From contig CAZJVP010000081.1 in NCBI GenBank assembly GCA_964549615.1, forward strand, positions 22,892 through 86,891: a DNA stretch of 64,000 bases, given 5' to 3'. Under the pieces are notes generated by a model that saw only the letters and a list, made by a program, of their open reading frames with translations, was not told the origin of the DNA and made no database searches. The translations under genes and the position numbers were made by a program. The DNA comes from an uncultured Thermococci archaeon. GTDB taxonomy: Archaea > CAYQAE01 > CAYVLA01. Positions 36,434 through 46,432 of this stretch are shown in pieces. How positions within the stretch are numbered: the first letter of the stretch is position 1; every line of letters starts with the position of its first letter.

Positions 36434-37798
36434 TCATCTCCTCCCCAGGAACTCACGGACGATCGGGAACATCTCCGCGGCCTGCTCCCTCTGGATCTCC
36501 TGGTACAACTGGTATACTATGCCCACGGTCAGCAACACGCCCGTTCCGGAACCTAGCGCATTGGTGAGGTCCGCGAAGCTGGCAAGAAGGCCCACGAATA
36601 TCCCTCCAAGGACCGTCACCGCAGGGATGTAACGATCCAGGATCTTCTCGATGATCCTCCTGTCCTTGCGAAAGCCCGGGATGTGCATGCCGGACTCGTG
36701 TATCTGCCTTGCAACCTCCCGTGGCCCGACGTTCGTCAGCTCGGACCAGAGCAAAGCGAAGACCACGCAGCAGGCGATGACGACGAGAACGTAAACCAAG
36801 GCATGGACAGCATACCCGGGGGTTGACCCGAAAGTGAAAAGATCGCCCGGGTGTCGCATGTAGTAGACGAGGCCGGATCTTGGCACGTTGTCGACCACCT
36901 TGCCGAGGATGTATATGCCCCTCGAGCTCAGAACGCTAGCCCAAAGCTGGATGTTGGCGAAGAGCGCCATCGTGAGTATGACTGGGATGTTCGAGGTGTA
37001 GACGAACCTGATCGGGTACTTTCCCTTCATGCCTACCCTGCTGTATGAGAGGGGAATCTCCACCCTCATGCCCTCCGCGTACACGACAATTAGAAAGACG
37101 ACGATCGTGAAGAAAACGGAGACCATGCTCGGCATCGGATATGGCCTCCAGATCTGTGGGGTTCCCTTCAGAAGCGAGCCGAGGAAGGCCGGGATCGCTC
37201 CAACGACCTGTCCGTAGCTTGGGTCACGAAGGGGATTGATCGACCCTGAGACGATCTCCTGCGATACGCCTGCGGCTATGAATAGGCTCACGCCGCTCCC
37301 GATCCCCCACTTCGAAACCACCTCGTCGAGGAACATGACGAGGATGCCCCCGATCGCGAGCTGCACCATGATGATCCAGAGCGGGACCACGGGCCTGTAC
37401 GAATAGCTGTAGACGAATCCCTCGAAGAAGCAGAGGATGATCGTTAGGAGTTTCTGGGTTCCTTGAAAAAGTGCCCTGTGATCGGGTTGGCTCAGATCAA
37501 GGTCAATGATCTTCCCGCCGACCAAGAGCTGCAGCACTATGCTGGCCGTGACGATCGGGCCGATCCCGAGCGCCAGAATGGATCCTCGGCTTCCGGCCAA
37601 GACGGCCCGAAGGGGCCCGAAGAGATCAGCTAGGGATTCCTCCGCGATCCCATACACGGGTATCTGGAGAAGGGCGTAGTAGAGGACCAGGACCCCGCCC
37701 GTCCAGATGAACTTCTCCTTGAACGAAACGTGGCGCTTGGGCTTGTCCACTTCCGGCAGAAACCTGAGAACCGGATCCAGTATCTCCAACCTAGACAA
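36434..37798 (-). CDS. secY: Protein translocase subunit SecY
   Basis: LGIGPIVTASI, KWGIGSGVSLFIAAG, YTSNIP, IPGFR, GSGTGVLLTV. Confidence 0.97.
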   Translation of the reverse strand: MSRLEILDPVLRFLPEVDKPKRHVSFKEKFIWTGGVLVLYYALLQIPVYGIAEESLADLFGPLRAVLAGSRGSILALGIGPIVTASIVLQLLVGGKIIDLDLSQPDHRALFQGTQKLLTIILCFFEGFVYSYSYRPVVPLWIIMVQLAIGGILVMFLDEVVSKWGIGSGVSLFIAAGVSQEIVSGSINPLRDPSYGQVVGAIPAFLGSLLKGTPQIWRPYPMPSMVSVFFTIVVFLIVVYAEGMRVEIPLSYSRVGMKGKYPIRFVYTSNIPVILTMALFANIQLWASVLSSRGIYILGKVVDNVPRSGLVYYMRHPGDLFTFGSTPGYAVHALVYVLVVIACCVVFALLWSELTNVGPREVARQIHESGMHIPGFRKDRRIIEKILDRYIPAVTVLGGIFVGLLASFADLTNALGSGTGVLLTVGIVYQLYQEIQREQAAEMFPIVREFLGRR

Positions 37799-37820
37799 GC
37801 CAACAACCGTCCTATGAACC

Positions 37821-38276
37821 TCAATCGCCCGGACGAGCCGCCTCGATGCGAAGTTCCCCTCCCGCCTCCGAGATCTTCCTCGACGCAATCGAGGTTGAGC
37901 TCTTGGCGGTGATGACCCATGCGTTCTTAGCCAGGCCGCCGCCGAGGAGTTTGTCAAAGCCGATCTTGGAAAGGTCCATATAGACCTTGCCGTCCTTCAT
38001 CTCCGCGAGACCGGACGAGAGGTATGAATCCAGTCTTTCTTCGAGGGAGCCAATGTTGATTGCGCGGGGAGCTCCACGCAGCACGGGCGGCCTGCCCGGT
38101 CCCTTGTGGACGAAGTACGAGGGGTCGTACCTCAGATACCAGCTCTTGCGGTGTTTGAACGCGCCAGCGTTGCCCCTGCCTCCGCGGTGTCCGGCGCCCC
38201 TGCGCATCTTGGCGTTTCCGCCTCCGCAGGTCCTGCTGCCGCGATACTTCCTCGTCTTCCTGTTCTTCAGAGCCAT
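37821..38276 (-). CDS. rpl15: 50S ribosomal protein uL15
   Basis: RGSRT.GGG...RGAG.RGGRG.AG, KLLG.G. Confidence 0.95.
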   Translation of the reverse strand: MALKNRKTRKYRGSRTCGGGNAKMRRGAGHRGGRGNAGAFKHRKSWYLRYDPSYFVHKGPGRPPVLRGAPRAINIGSLEERLDSYLSSGLAEMKDGKVYMDLSKIGFDKLLGGGLAKNAWVITAKSSTSIASRKISEAGGELRIEAARPGD

Positions 38277-38285
38277 ACGATCATC

Positions 38286-38750
38286 CTATATCATCTGCTT
38301 CAGCAATGAGTCTATTGCGTCCCCCCTGTTGCCGAAGGCCCCACCTTCCTCCACGGATTTCTTCACGCTCCTGTATCCCTTGGACGGCGGGCTGCATCTG
38401 AATGTTCGTTTGAGACCCGGAACATCGTCCAGGCTGGCCTTTCCCTTGTGGAGGGCCTCCGCGAAAGCCGCAATCGAGGCGAATGCTGTCCTGCCTGACA
38501 GGTACTCATCCGTCAACCTGCCAAATCCGCGAACCTCGCCACGCTTTCGTAGCAACATCTCTAGGACGGCTTGTGAAGGCGGGCCGTACGTTACCAAGTG
38601 CCTCACGCTCTGAAGCATCCCCAGGTATGTCTCGTTGTCATCGACCAACACCACGTTGTTCGGCCTCTTCAGTCCCAGCTGATCAAGGACTCTTCTGGTC
38701 TCTCTGGGGACGTTCACCGAGCCTCTGATCCTGACAACAGCGAGCTTCAT
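38286..38750 (-). CDS. rpl30: 50S ribosomal protein uL30
   Basis: AVVRIRG, GML, FR.SPP.KG, G.RG..I..LL..MI. Confidence 0.93.
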   Translation of the reverse strand: MKLAVVRIRGSVNVPRETRRVLDQLGLKRPNNVVLVDDNETYLGMLQSVRHLVTYGPPSQAVLEMLLRKRGEVRGFGRLTDEYLSGRTAFASIAAFAEALHKGKASLDDVPGLKRTFRCSPPSKGYRSVKKSVEEGGAFGNRGDAIDSLLKQMI

Positions 38751-38784
38751 CACAAACACCAAGTCTGGTCCTCGAATGGACGCT

Positions 38785-39633
38785 CTACTCTTCTTCCCCA
38801 GCGTCCTCCTCGCCCTCAGGCTCTTCCTCCCCTTCGACCTCCTCCAAACCCTCCTCGCCCTCGACCTCTTCTTCTGCCTCCAGGAGTGGCACCTCAACCT
38901 CGGCCTCCAGGCCCTCTTTCTTGAGCTCCTTCACCACCTCTTCGACTTCGAGCTTTGGCCCTACTGGTGCCGCGGCGATCTGGATCGGCTTGGTCTCCGC
39001 CAAAACGATTCCCAACTTCTCGATGTGCTCGGGCCGCACCTGAACCGCGGTGGTCATCCTGAGGGCATTGAACGTCGCTGTCGCAAAGTTCAAGGTCGTC
39101 CTGCTATCGCCCTCAACTTTCGACCAGACATCCTCCACCCCAGCTAGCTCAAGCACGGTTTTCGCTACGTCACCTGCTGCCAGGCGAACGCCTCGCGGCG
39201 CCGGCATCAAGGTGACCTCAACGCTTCCCGACTTGCCCACGACCCTGAATGGGATCGAGTGAGGCTTCCCGCAGCCGCACTCCCAGCTTCCACATCCCCG
39301 TCGCACGCAGATGAGGTTCTTCTTGCCTTCCTCGATTGCCTTCTGTATCGAGTTGTATACCTCTTTCGCCTTGCCCTGTCCGATGCCGACGTACCCGTCT
39401 CTATTTCCGACTGCGACGGTCACGCGGTATCTCAGCTTGCGTCCTGAGCGATCCCTCCGTTGAACCCTGCTGATCTCCAGTATCTCGCTGTCCAAGTTAG
39501 GGACGAGGCGATCGATTATCTCGGTTTCGAGCACGGGTAGGCCCTTCTCCATGATCTCCCTTAGGGAGGTTATGGAGCCCTCGAGGACCTTTTTCCCAAG
39601 CTCAGTTCGTGGAGTCCAAACCTTCTCCTCCAT
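38785..39633 (-). CDS. rps5: 30S ribosomal protein uS5 with an acidic C-terminal tail
   Basis: WTPRTELG, RRGCGSWEC.C..PHS, PAPRG. Confidence 0.96.
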   Translation of the reverse strand: MEEKVWTPRTELGKKVLEGSITSLREIMEKGLPVLETEIIDRLVPNLDSEILEISRVQRRDRSGRKLRYRVTVAVGNRDGYVGIGQGKAKEVYNSIQKAIEEGKKNLICVRRGCGSWECGCGKPHSIPFRVVGKSGSVEVTLMPAPRGVRLAAGDVAKTVLELAGVEDVWSKVEGDSRTTLNFATATFNALRMTTAVQVRPEHIEKLGIVLAETKPIQIAAAPVGPKLEVEEVVKELKKEGLEAEVEVPLLEAEEEVEGEEGLEEVEGEEEPEGEEDAGEEE

Positions 39634-39634
39634 G

Positions 39635-40207
39635 CTAGGCCTCCGTAAAGCTGCTGTTGATCCTGGCTAGGACCTCGTCCACGAGCCGGGGAAAAGATGC
39701 AAGATCCAGAGCCTTCTTCCTGTACTTGGCTATGGACGGGTCCTCGGCGAATGCCTTCGCCACTTCCTCCCCTCTGATCCTTTCCATCTTGGGATAGCAC
39801 CCCTCGTCGCAGGGCACCTTCAACCCGGCGTCAACCGCCCCCTTCACCACGGCGAAGATGTTGGAACGCGCACCGGGGATCAGCAGCCCGGCATCGAGTA
39901 TCGCCCTTTCCACTCCGGCCCTGACGGCACGCTTCCCGATCAAGAAGCCCGTGAGGTACCCTGTGGAGCCGCAGGCACCGTGGCCGTGCCAGTTGAAGTC
40001 CCTTGCCAACTCCTTGGAGTGAGCCGAAACGACGGTGATATCTCCCTTATCCGAGGGGACCACGACGTGGGCGAAGTAGTGCGCGTTGGACCTCCTCACG
40101 ACCAACCGAGGAATCCCGGATGCCAGATACCGTGCTCTCCTCCTGTAGTCGGTCTTGCCCTCGCGCCTCCTCTTCAAAGCGAGCCTGTAGGTAGGTCCCT
40201 TCGCCAT
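39635..40207 (-). CDS. rpl18: 50S ribosomal protein uL18
   Basis: GP.Y....RRREGKTDY, RLVVR.SN, KGAVDAGL. Confidence 0.96.
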   Translation of the reverse strand: MAKGPTYRLALKRRREGKTDYRRRARYLASGIPRLVVRRSNAHYFAHVVVPSDKGDITVVSAHSKELARDFNWHGHGACGSTGYLTGFLIGKRAVRAGVERAILDAGLLIPGARSNIFAVVKGAVDAGLKVPCDEGCYPKMERIRGEEVAKAFAEDPSIAKYRKKALDLASFPRLVDEVLARINSSFTEA

Positions 40208-40209
40208 GG

Positions 40210-40659
40210 CTAGCCCCTCAGCATACCTTTCTCAGCAACATAGGTCTCCAGATGGGATATGCTTCTGAAGTATCCGGACTTCGCCATCCTGTAGAGGGTC
40301 CGGTAATCCGCACGCTCTATCTTGCGCTGATCCCGCATCTCGCAGAGCTTTGCTCTGATGGCCCTTATCGACCGAATCCACGTCGCCTTTTTCGGCGCTC
40401 TCGCCCGATGGGCACCCTTTCTCGTCCCGTGGCCTCTCCTCCTGCCCCGCGAGATCTGGATTCGCCTGGCCCGAAGCCTGCCCTTGGATATCGTTTTCGG
40501 GGGTCGCGCTGCGATCTTGCCCTCCCGTATCAGCCTTCGCACGTCATCTCTCGTGATCGCAGCAGAGATCTCGCCCGACTTGTCCGGATCGAACCACACG
40601 CTACGCTGCCCGACGCCCAAGATCTCTGCTGCCACTCTTCTAACCAATCTTGTGGTCAA
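40210..40659 (-). CDS. rpl19e: 50S ribosomal protein L19e
   Basis: VWFDP, AITR.D.R.LI, GRRRG.G.RKG. Confidence 0.95.
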   Translation of the reverse strand: MTTRLVRRVAAEILGVGQRSVWFDPDKSGEISAAITRDDVRRLIREGKIAARPPKTISKGRLRARRIQISRGRRRGHGTRKGAHRARAPKKATWIRSIRAIRAKLCEMRDQRKIERADYRTLYRMAKSGYFRSISHLETYVAEKGMLRG

Positions 40660-40668
40660 CTCAGACCC

Positions 40669-41025
40669 CTACCTATTCAGCACTTTGATCTTAAGCTCGT
40701 CTGCCCTGGCTAGGATCTTCTCTCGCTTCATGAGGCCGACCTTGCCTGATATCCGCACGGCATGGATGGAAGGATCGAGGGACTCAAGTTCACCGGTATT
40801 GGAAACGAGAACCTCTCTGTACCCTGACGGGTGAATCGACCTCACGCGCCTGTCGCCCGCGTAGCCGGCCTTGGGCCTTCTCGGCTTGCCGCCAATCAAC
40901 AGCCTCATCTTGCTTCCTATTCCTCTGGGCCTCCGCCAGGTGACTCCGAGTCTACGCATGTGGATGCCCCTGTTGCGGACGAACCGAGGCTTTCTCGTGG
41001 ATCTTGGGCGCGTCGCCGTCTTCAT
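40669..41025 (-). CDS. rpl32e: 50S ribosomal protein L32e
   Basis: P.F.R, WRRPRG..SKMR, HPSGY.EVLV.N. Confidence 0.94.
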   Translation of the reverse strand: MKTATRPRSTRKPRFVRNRGIHMRRLGVTWRRPRGIGSKMRLLIGGKPRRPKAGYAGDRRVRSIHPSGYREVLVSNTGELESLDPSIHAVRISGKVGLMKREKILARADELKIKVLNR

Positions 41026-41030
41026 GACCG

Positions 41031-41579
41031 TCAATCCTCCGCTGGCGCAGCCTTCGCGACCAGGTAGACCCCGTCTTGGAATATCCGTCGGTCCTTGTGT
41101 CTTACGACCGTCGCCTGCTCGATGTTCGCAGCCGTCTGGGCCACGCTTTCCCTGTCTATGCCACTGACGGTGATGTAGTCGCCCTCGACCGTGACGCTCA
41201 CGCCGGGGCAGATCTTGGCTTTCCTCGGATACCTCTCGCCGAGGAAGTTGTTGATTAGCACCTCGCCTTCCTTGATCTCGGCATTCATAGGAAAGTGCGA
41301 GCCCACCATCCTAAGCCTCGCCTTGAACCCCTTGCTCACTCCGTCGATCATATTCCTTATCGTAGCCTCGTACATCCCGAATATGGCAAGCCTTCGCCTG
41401 GACGGGAACTGGGTCGTAAGGAAGATGCGGCCGTGATCCACCAAGACCTGGATGGCTGTGTCGGCCAGATCCCGGGTGAGAGTCCCCTTGGGCCCGCTCA
41501 CCGTCAGAACCCGGCCAGTCAGCTGGGCCTGGACGCCGTTTGGAACTCTGATTTCGCTTCTTGCCATCGGTACGACCAT
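41031..41579 (-). CDS. rpl6: 50S ribosomal protein uL6
   Basis: GPKG.L, SHFP, NFLGE, QTAANIEQ, D.R.FQDG.Y. Confidence 0.95.
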   Translation of the reverse strand: MVVPMARSEIRVPNGVQAQLTGRVLTVSGPKGTLTRDLADTAIQVLVDHGRIFLTTQFPSRRRLAIFGMYEATIRNMIDGVSKGFKARLRMVGSHFPMNAEIKEGEVLINNFLGERYPRKAKICPGVSVTVEGDYITVSGIDRESVAQTAANIEQATVVRHKDRRIFQDGVYLVAKAAPAED

Positions 41580-41589
41580 AGCGATTGCC

Positions 41590-41988
41590 TCAGTAGAAGT
41601 AGGCCAACAGGATTCCGCCGAGTCCCTTCTCCCTCGCTTCCCTGTGTGAGAGCACGCCACGGTTAGTGCTCACGACCAGCAGTCCGAAATCGTGGGCCGG
41701 AAGGTACATCCTCTCCCATTTTTCGTATTCCCCTTTTCTAACGGAATACCTGGGCTTGATGACCCCGCAGTCATTGATGCTCCCGCACAGTTCGACCTTG
41801 AAGACTCCTGCCTTGTTGTCGTCGTAGAGCTCGAACTCCCCGACGAACCCCTCTCTCTGTGCTACGCGGAGAACAGCCGCTATCAGCTTGGATGCAGGAT
41901 GTATGATGCACGTCCTCTTACCAACCGCCTGTCCGTTCTTTATGGCAGAAAGGGCGTCTCCCAGTGTGTCGTTCAGTGCCACATGCAT
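41590..41988 (-). CDS. rps8: 30S ribosomal protein uS8
   Basis: IN.CGVIKPR, YLPA.DFG, GG.LLAY.Y; start may be 41982. Confidence 0.95.
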   Translation of the reverse strand: MHVALNDTLGDALSAIKNGQAVGKRTCIIHPASKLIAAVLRVAQREGFVGEFELYDDNKAGVFKVELCGSINDCGVIKPRYSVRKGEYEKWERMYLPAHDFGLLVVSTNRGVLSHREAREKGLGGILLAYFY

Positions 41989-41991
41989 CAC

Positions 41992-42153
41992 CTAGTAGTA
42001 CTTCGTGAAACCGACGTCTTGGCATATCTCCCTGAAGCAGCGCCGGCAGACCTGCAGTCCATACCTCCTTATGATCGCAAGGCTGGAACCACACCTTCGG
42101 CAGTGGTATGAATCCTTGCCGAACTTCCTTTTGCCAGTCTTTTTCAGCCGCAT
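41992..42153 (-). CDS. rps14: 30S ribosomal protein uS14, Zn-binding type (below ORF-track cutoff)
   Basis: Manual translation MRLKKTGKRKFGKDSYHCRRCGSSLAIIRRYGLQVCRRCFREICQDVGFTKYY. Confidence 0.95.
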   Translation of the reverse strand: MRLKKTGKRKFGKDSYHCRRCGSSLAIIRRYGLQVCRRCFREICQDVGFTKYY

Positions 42154-42891
42154 CTAGACAACCCTCACGTTGAAACAGTCTCGAATAAACCTCATCGCCT
42201 CAAGCTTCCCGACCCTGTGGCGATTAGGCAAAACCCTGAACTTGAGCCTCCTGTGCTTCACCCTGTACCCCTTTCTCGCGACGGTAACGCACACGTTCAT
42301 CCCGAAGATCCCGATGGAGGGATCATACTGAACACCTGGAATGTTGATGTGCTCGTCGATGCCAAAGGAGAAGTTGCCCTGCTCGTCAAACCACGCCCTC
42401 CTGATGCTCCCTTCGACCGCATCGAGGGCTCTTTTCAGGAAGGCCTTGGCGGCGTCCTTCCTGAGCGTGACCTTGCATCCGATGAGGTCGCCCTTCCGAA
42501 CGCCAAAATCACGGTTGGTCTTTCTTGCCGCAGTCTTAACGGGCTTCTGGCCGGTCAGTTTCTCAAGCAGCGTTGCAGCCCTGACGACCTTCTCGCCAGG
42601 CTCGCCTACGCCGATGTTGACGACGACCTTCTCGAGATGAAGTTCCTTCATGGGGTTGCTGTACTTCTCCTGGGGGCCCAGATCAACGAGGGCTTCCTCT
42701 TCCTCTTCGACGGTCCTTTTCTTCCTCTTGATCCGGACCCGCTTGACCACGCCCTCGGTGGACGGCCTTGCCTCCGCGACGGGGGCCTCTTCTCTCTTGG
42801 ATTCGACCCTGCCCTTCTTGGTCTCTCCAGATGCTTTCTCTTCCGTCGGCGCTTCCTCCTCTGATTTCCTTCCCTTTGAGTCGGCCGGCAT
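42154..42891 (-). CDS. rpl5: 50S ribosomal protein uL5 with a long charged N-terminal extension
   Basis: NPM....EKVVVNIGVGE, GNFSFGI.EH, YDP.IGIFG. Confidence 0.95.
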   Translation of the reverse strand: MPADSKGRKSEEEAPTEEKASGETKKGRVESKREEAPVAEARPSTEGVVKRVRIKRKKRTVEEEEEALVDLGPQEKYSNPMKELHLEKVVVNIGVGEPGEKVVRAATLLEKLTGQKPVKTAARKTNRDFGVRKGDLIGCKVTLRKDAAKAFLKRALDAVEGSIRRAWFDEQGNFSFGIDEHINIPGVQYDPSIGIFGMNVCVTVARKGYRVKHRRLKFRVLPNRHRVGKLEAMRFIRDCFNVRVV

Positions 42892-42893
42892 CT

Positions 42894-43604
42894 CTAATCC
42901 ACCTTGATCTTTGGCTTTCCGACACCGATCACGAAGACGAAGTCCTCCGGCGTCTGAAACTCCCCACCTTCAACGGAGAGCGCAACCATGGTGGGTTGCA
43001 TGGGCTGGCCCTTCATCACGCCCTTTATGATGCCCACCCGCCCCGCGTTCTTGCCTCCGCACACGAACGCCACGTTGCCCGGCTCGATCTTCATGTGATC
43101 TTTGATCTTCCTGTCAGGCAGGGACACCACTAGCACATCCCCCACGGAGTACTTGGCAGACTCCGTTGCCGGAAGCATCATGTTGGAACCATCATGCAGG
43201 TTCAGTTGGAGACCACCTCCGCTGGGCCAGGACTTGCGCACGATCCTAACAAGCTTCATGTTCGCCTCCGATCCCGGGATCGGTTGCATTCTCAGCCCCT
43301 TGGGGTCGGGCACGAGTCTGAAGTGCTCGCCCGTCTTCTTGATCGATATGACGTCCATAAGACCAGCAGGGTACTTGTGTTCCTTTCTTACGACCTGATC
43401 GACGAGGATCTGGCCCTCCTGCAGTATCTTCTTCGCTTCCCTTCGATCCCGCGCGTAGGCCAGAAAATCCCTGACTATTCCGACGAGGGGAATACAGAGT
43501 TCGCCGGAATGAGGCCCTGGTGAGGGTTTCGAGGCGAATGCCGCGCCCTTGGTCTGCAAGCGCCAATACTTGGGCGCCGAGAATCTCTTCAGATGCTTGC
43601 TCAA
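42894..43604 (-). CDS. rps4e: 30S ribosomal protein S4e
   Basis: HLKR..AP..W, PSPGPH, GLMDVI, LHDG.N. Confidence 0.95.
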   Translation of the reverse strand: MSKHLKRFSAPKYWRLQTKGAAFASKPSPGPHSGELCIPLVGIVRDFLAYARDRREAKKILQEGQILVDQVVRKEHKYPAGLMDVISIKKTGEHFRLVPDPKGLRMQPIPGSEANMKLVRIVRKSWPSGGGLQLNLHDGSNMMLPATESAKYSVGDVLVVSLPDRKIKDHMKIEPGNVAFVCGGKNAGRVGIIKGVMKGQPMQPTMVALSVEGGEFQTPEDFVFVIGVGKPKIKVD

Positions 43605-43972
43605 GGCATGCCCCTCCTCTGCAGTATCTTCTGCCTCTTCTCATCATCCAACGTCAACTTCACTATCTGGAGGTTCGACGCCCTCACGGGCACGAAGGAC
43701 TTCGTGCCATCCGCCTTCTCCTGCGTCACGTCCTTTATGTAGACGAATCCCCTCTCGGGGTCCACCTCGGTCACATCGTCCTCGTGGCCAGCGAAATCCC
43801 CGCGCAGGATCCTGACTCGGTCACCTTTCCTCACGCACAGGCTCCTAGTCCCATACTGGGCTGAAAGCTCTCTGGAAAGGTGGGCGCCCAGAAGCTTGGC
43901 TCTGAGATGCTTGCTGCACGCCATCTGACGCTTCCTCACTTTTCCTGGTTTGGACGAAACGCGACGTTGCAT
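43601..43972 (-). CDS. rpl24: 50S ribosomal protein uL24
   Basis: S.KP.K.RK, LS.EL...YG.RS, KGD.V.I.RG.F. Confidence 0.94.
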   Translation of the reverse strand: MQRRVSSKPGKVRKRQMACSKHLRAKLLGAHLSRELSAQYGTRSLCVRKGDRVRILRGDFAGHEDDVTEVDPERGFVYIKDVTQEKADGTKSFVPVRASNLQIVKLTLDDEKRQKILQRRGMP

Positions 43973-43982
43973 GTAGACCCTC

Positions 43983-44408
43983 CTAGGCAATGGCACTCGC
44001 TATCGTTCCGAGCCTGGGCCAACGCTGAACCGCTTCCCTAGCAATGACCCCTCTAATCTCGGAGCCCCTGGGAACGCCCTCCTCAGTGACGAGAACCGCG
44101 GCATTGTCCTCGAACTTGACGCGCATGCCACTTGGCCTCCTGTATTCCTTCTTCTGCCTGACCACCACGGCTCTGAGTATCTGGCGCCGCATGTCTGGCG
44201 TCCCCTTCTTGACCGAGACGATGACTAAGTCGCCGACGCCTGCCGACGGATACCGGTTGAGCGACGTCTTGTAGCCGATGACGGCGACGAGTTCGACCTC
44301 TTTTGCCCCAGTGTTGTCGATGCACTTGAGCCGGGCGCCCAGTGGGAGGCACCTCGTCGGAACATAGTGAAGCGTTCCTCTGGTTCCACCCATGCCTTTC
44401 TTCGCCAT
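43983..44408 (-). CDS. rpl14: 50S ribosomal protein uL14
   Basis: DNTGAK, SVKKG.P, FEDNAAV. Confidence 0.96.
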   Translation of the reverse strand: MAKKGMGGTRGTLHYVPTRCLPLGARLKCIDNTGAKEVELVAVIGYKTSLNRYPSAGVGDLVIVSVKKGTPDMRRQILRAVVVRQKKEYRRPSGMRVKFEDNAAVLVTEEGVPRGSEIRGVIAREAVQRWPRLGTIASAIA

Positions 44409-44735
44409 CTACTTAGCCTCCAATTTCTCGATCACTACGAATGAGACCGTCTTGCTCAGGGGCCTGCACTCCGCGATTCTCACCCGGTCGCCGATCTTGG
44501 CCACTATGCAACCCGGCACGTGGGCGTGATATCTGCCAGTCCGCTTCTCAAGGCGCATGTACTTCTTCTGAGGCAGAACGTATTCCGTCGTGACTACCAC
44601 CGTCTTCTGCATCTTGTCGCTGGCCACGACGCCCTCGATGATCTTGCCCCTGACTTTGAGGTGCCCGTGGAAGGGACACTTGACATCCCCGCACTTAGAC
44701 TCGGGGACCTTCGAAACGATGCTCGTTGCACTCAC
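44409..44735 (-). CDS. rps17: 30S ribosomal protein uS17
   Basis: C.D.KCPFHG.L.VRG, ECRPLSKT. Confidence 0.96.
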   Translation of the reverse strand: MSATSIVSKVPESKCGDVKCPFHGHLKVRGKIIEGVVASDKMQKTVVVTTEYVLPQKKYMRLEKRTGRYHAHVPGCIVAKIGDRVRIAECRPLSKTVSFVVIEKLEAK

Positions 44736-45007
44736 ACCTTCAGCCTCCCAATCCTTTTCTTGATCCTATCCTCAGGGCTTCCCAAGATCCACTCCCCCTG
44801 GATCGTAACGTCACCATCGCTGGTTCTCAGATGTATCACCGATCCCTTCTTCGGCACCCACCATTGTTTTCCTCTTCTCTCCAACTTGATCATGTTCCTC
44901 GTCTCGTCCACTATTCTGCCAGCGACGGGCCCGCGGAGACCGCGCGAGACCACCCTGGCATCCATGCCTATGAACTCATGTCTCAGCAGGTCCCTTGAGG
45001 GCCTCAT
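44732..45007 (-). CDS. rnp1: RNase P protein subunit Rpp29/POP4
   Basis: RHEFIG, G.IVDETRN, VPK, G..I...PEDRI. Confidence 0.9.
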   Translation of the reverse strand: MRPSRDLLRHEFIGMDARVVSRGLRGPVAGRIVDETRNMIKLERRGKQWWVPKKGSVIHLRTSDGDVTIQGEWILGSPEDRIKKRIGRLKV

Positions 45008-45024
45008 CCCCTTCCGCCTGTCCG

Positions 45025-45333
45025 TCACCGGACGTCTATGGTCTCCTCGGGGAATCCGGTCTGGATCAGGAAGTTCTTCACCCTCTCCCTGTGGTCGCCC
45101 TGAAACTCTATCCTCCCATCCTTTACCGTACCTCCGCAAGCGAGTTTCGCCTTCAGTTTCTTCGTAAGGTCCTTCGTGTCCACATCCTTCTCGTCGATGC
45201 CCTCTACGACGGTCATCAACTTCCCGAATCTCCTCCTTGCAGAGTAGATTCGGATCCTCTGCTTCTCCCGCGCAATCTCCTCGCAGACACAAAGGTCCTT
45301 CGGCAGGCCACACACCTGACACACTTCACTCAT
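45025..45333 (-). CDS. Translation initiation factor aIF1/SUI1
   Basis: C..CGLP.DLC.C, LACGGT, QGDH. Confidence 0.94.
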   Translation of the reverse strand: MSEVCQVCGLPKDLCVCEEIAREKQRIRIYSARRRFGKLMTVVEGIDEKDVDTKDLTKKLKAKLACGGTVKDGRIEFQGDHRERVKNFLIQTGFPEETIDVR

Positions 45334-45548
45334 TCGTTTGCACCCTTCTCCTCGGAGATCTCACCGAGTATGGTGAGAATCCTCGCAATTGTCCTCCGTA
45401 TCTCCCTTATTCTGCCGGGGTTCTGAGGCGGCGAGCCAAGCGACATCGTTGCTCTCTCGCTGGCAAGCTCCTCCCGTAGCCGAGACAATCTCTCCCTTAT
45501 CTCGGTCTCCGGCATGTTTCTGATTTCGTCCGGTCTCAGTATGGCCAT
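45330..45548 (-). CDS. rpl29: 50S ribosomal protein uL29
   Basis: [21 protein letters not shown]. Confidence 0.94.
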   Translation of the reverse strand: MAILRPDEIRNMPETEIRERLSRLREELASERATMSLGSPPQNPGRIREIRRTIARILTILGEISEEKGANE

Positions 45549-45568
45549 CGCAGCTCCTCCGTGCTCAT

Positions 45569-46432
45569 TCACTGGCGTCTTCGTCCTTCCTGCTCCTCTT
45601 CGTCTTCCTGCTCCTGTTCGGTCTCTTTCCCGGCAGAATCATGAAGCCCGGAATCGCTGCGCTCCGTCGCCTCGGTCTCCGTCTGCGCGCCGTCCTCCAG
45701 AGGCTCAGCCTCCGACGGCGCCTCCGCGGCACCTTCCGCCGCGGGCTCCGCGGGCGCAAGCTCTGACTTAGCACCCGCCGCAGCAGCTTCCGGTTCAACC
45801 TCGCCACTCACGCCCCGGGCCTTCTCCTCGAGGGCGTCTAGCTCAACCTGATCCGGCATGGGGGTGTTCGGAGGCATTATCTTGACCTTTATCCCCATCA
45901 TGCCCTGCTTGAGGTCCGCTACGGCAAGACCCTCAAGCACCTGCTTGGAGGGCTCGCCGCATTTCGTGATCGTCCCCTTGGCGAACCTGACGGACTTGGC
46001 GCGTTCCCCACGGATCTTCCCCGATATGACGATCTCGACGCCCTGGGCCCCCGCCTCCATGATCTTCTCCAAGTTCATGTAGGCCGACCTCCGGAACGGC
46101 CTCCCTGCCTTCAGCATTGCGGCAATCCGGCCCGCCATGATGTGCGGGTTCAGCTCGGGGATGGGTATCTCCTCGACCTCTATCTGAAGATTCTCGAAGC
46201 CGTACCTCTCCTGCAATGCATCGGTGAGATCCTTGATGTTTCTCCCGCGCCGACCGATGATCAGCCCCGGCCTCTCCGCATATATGACCATTCTGGTCCT
46301 AAGCGCCGTCCTTCGGATGTCCACGCCCCCGAACTTGGCCTTCTGAAGGCTATCTCTGAGGAACTCCTTGATGTCCGCCTTCCTTATGCCTTCCTCAACG
46401 AACTCCCTTTCGCGTGCCAACTCACTTCTCAC
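45569..46432 (-). CDS. rps3: 30S ribosomal protein uS3 with an acidic C-terminal tail
   Basis: RPG.IIGR.G (KH domain), AGA.G.EI.ISGK, G..GIKV.I. Confidence 0.95.
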   Translation of the reverse strand: MRSELAREREFVEEGIRKADIKEFLRDSLQKAKFGGVDIRRTALRTRMVIYAERPGLIIGRRGRNIKDLTDALQERYGFENLQIEVEEIPIPELNPHIMAGRIAAMLKAGRPFRRSAYMNLEKIMEAGAQGVEIVISGKIRGERAKSVRFAKGTITKCGEPSKQVLEGLAVADLKQGMMGIKVKIMPPNTPMPDQVELDALEEKARGVSGEVEPEAAAAGAKSELAPAEPAAEGAAEAPSEAEPLEDGAQTETEATERSDSGLHDSAGKETEQEQEDEEEQEGRRRQ

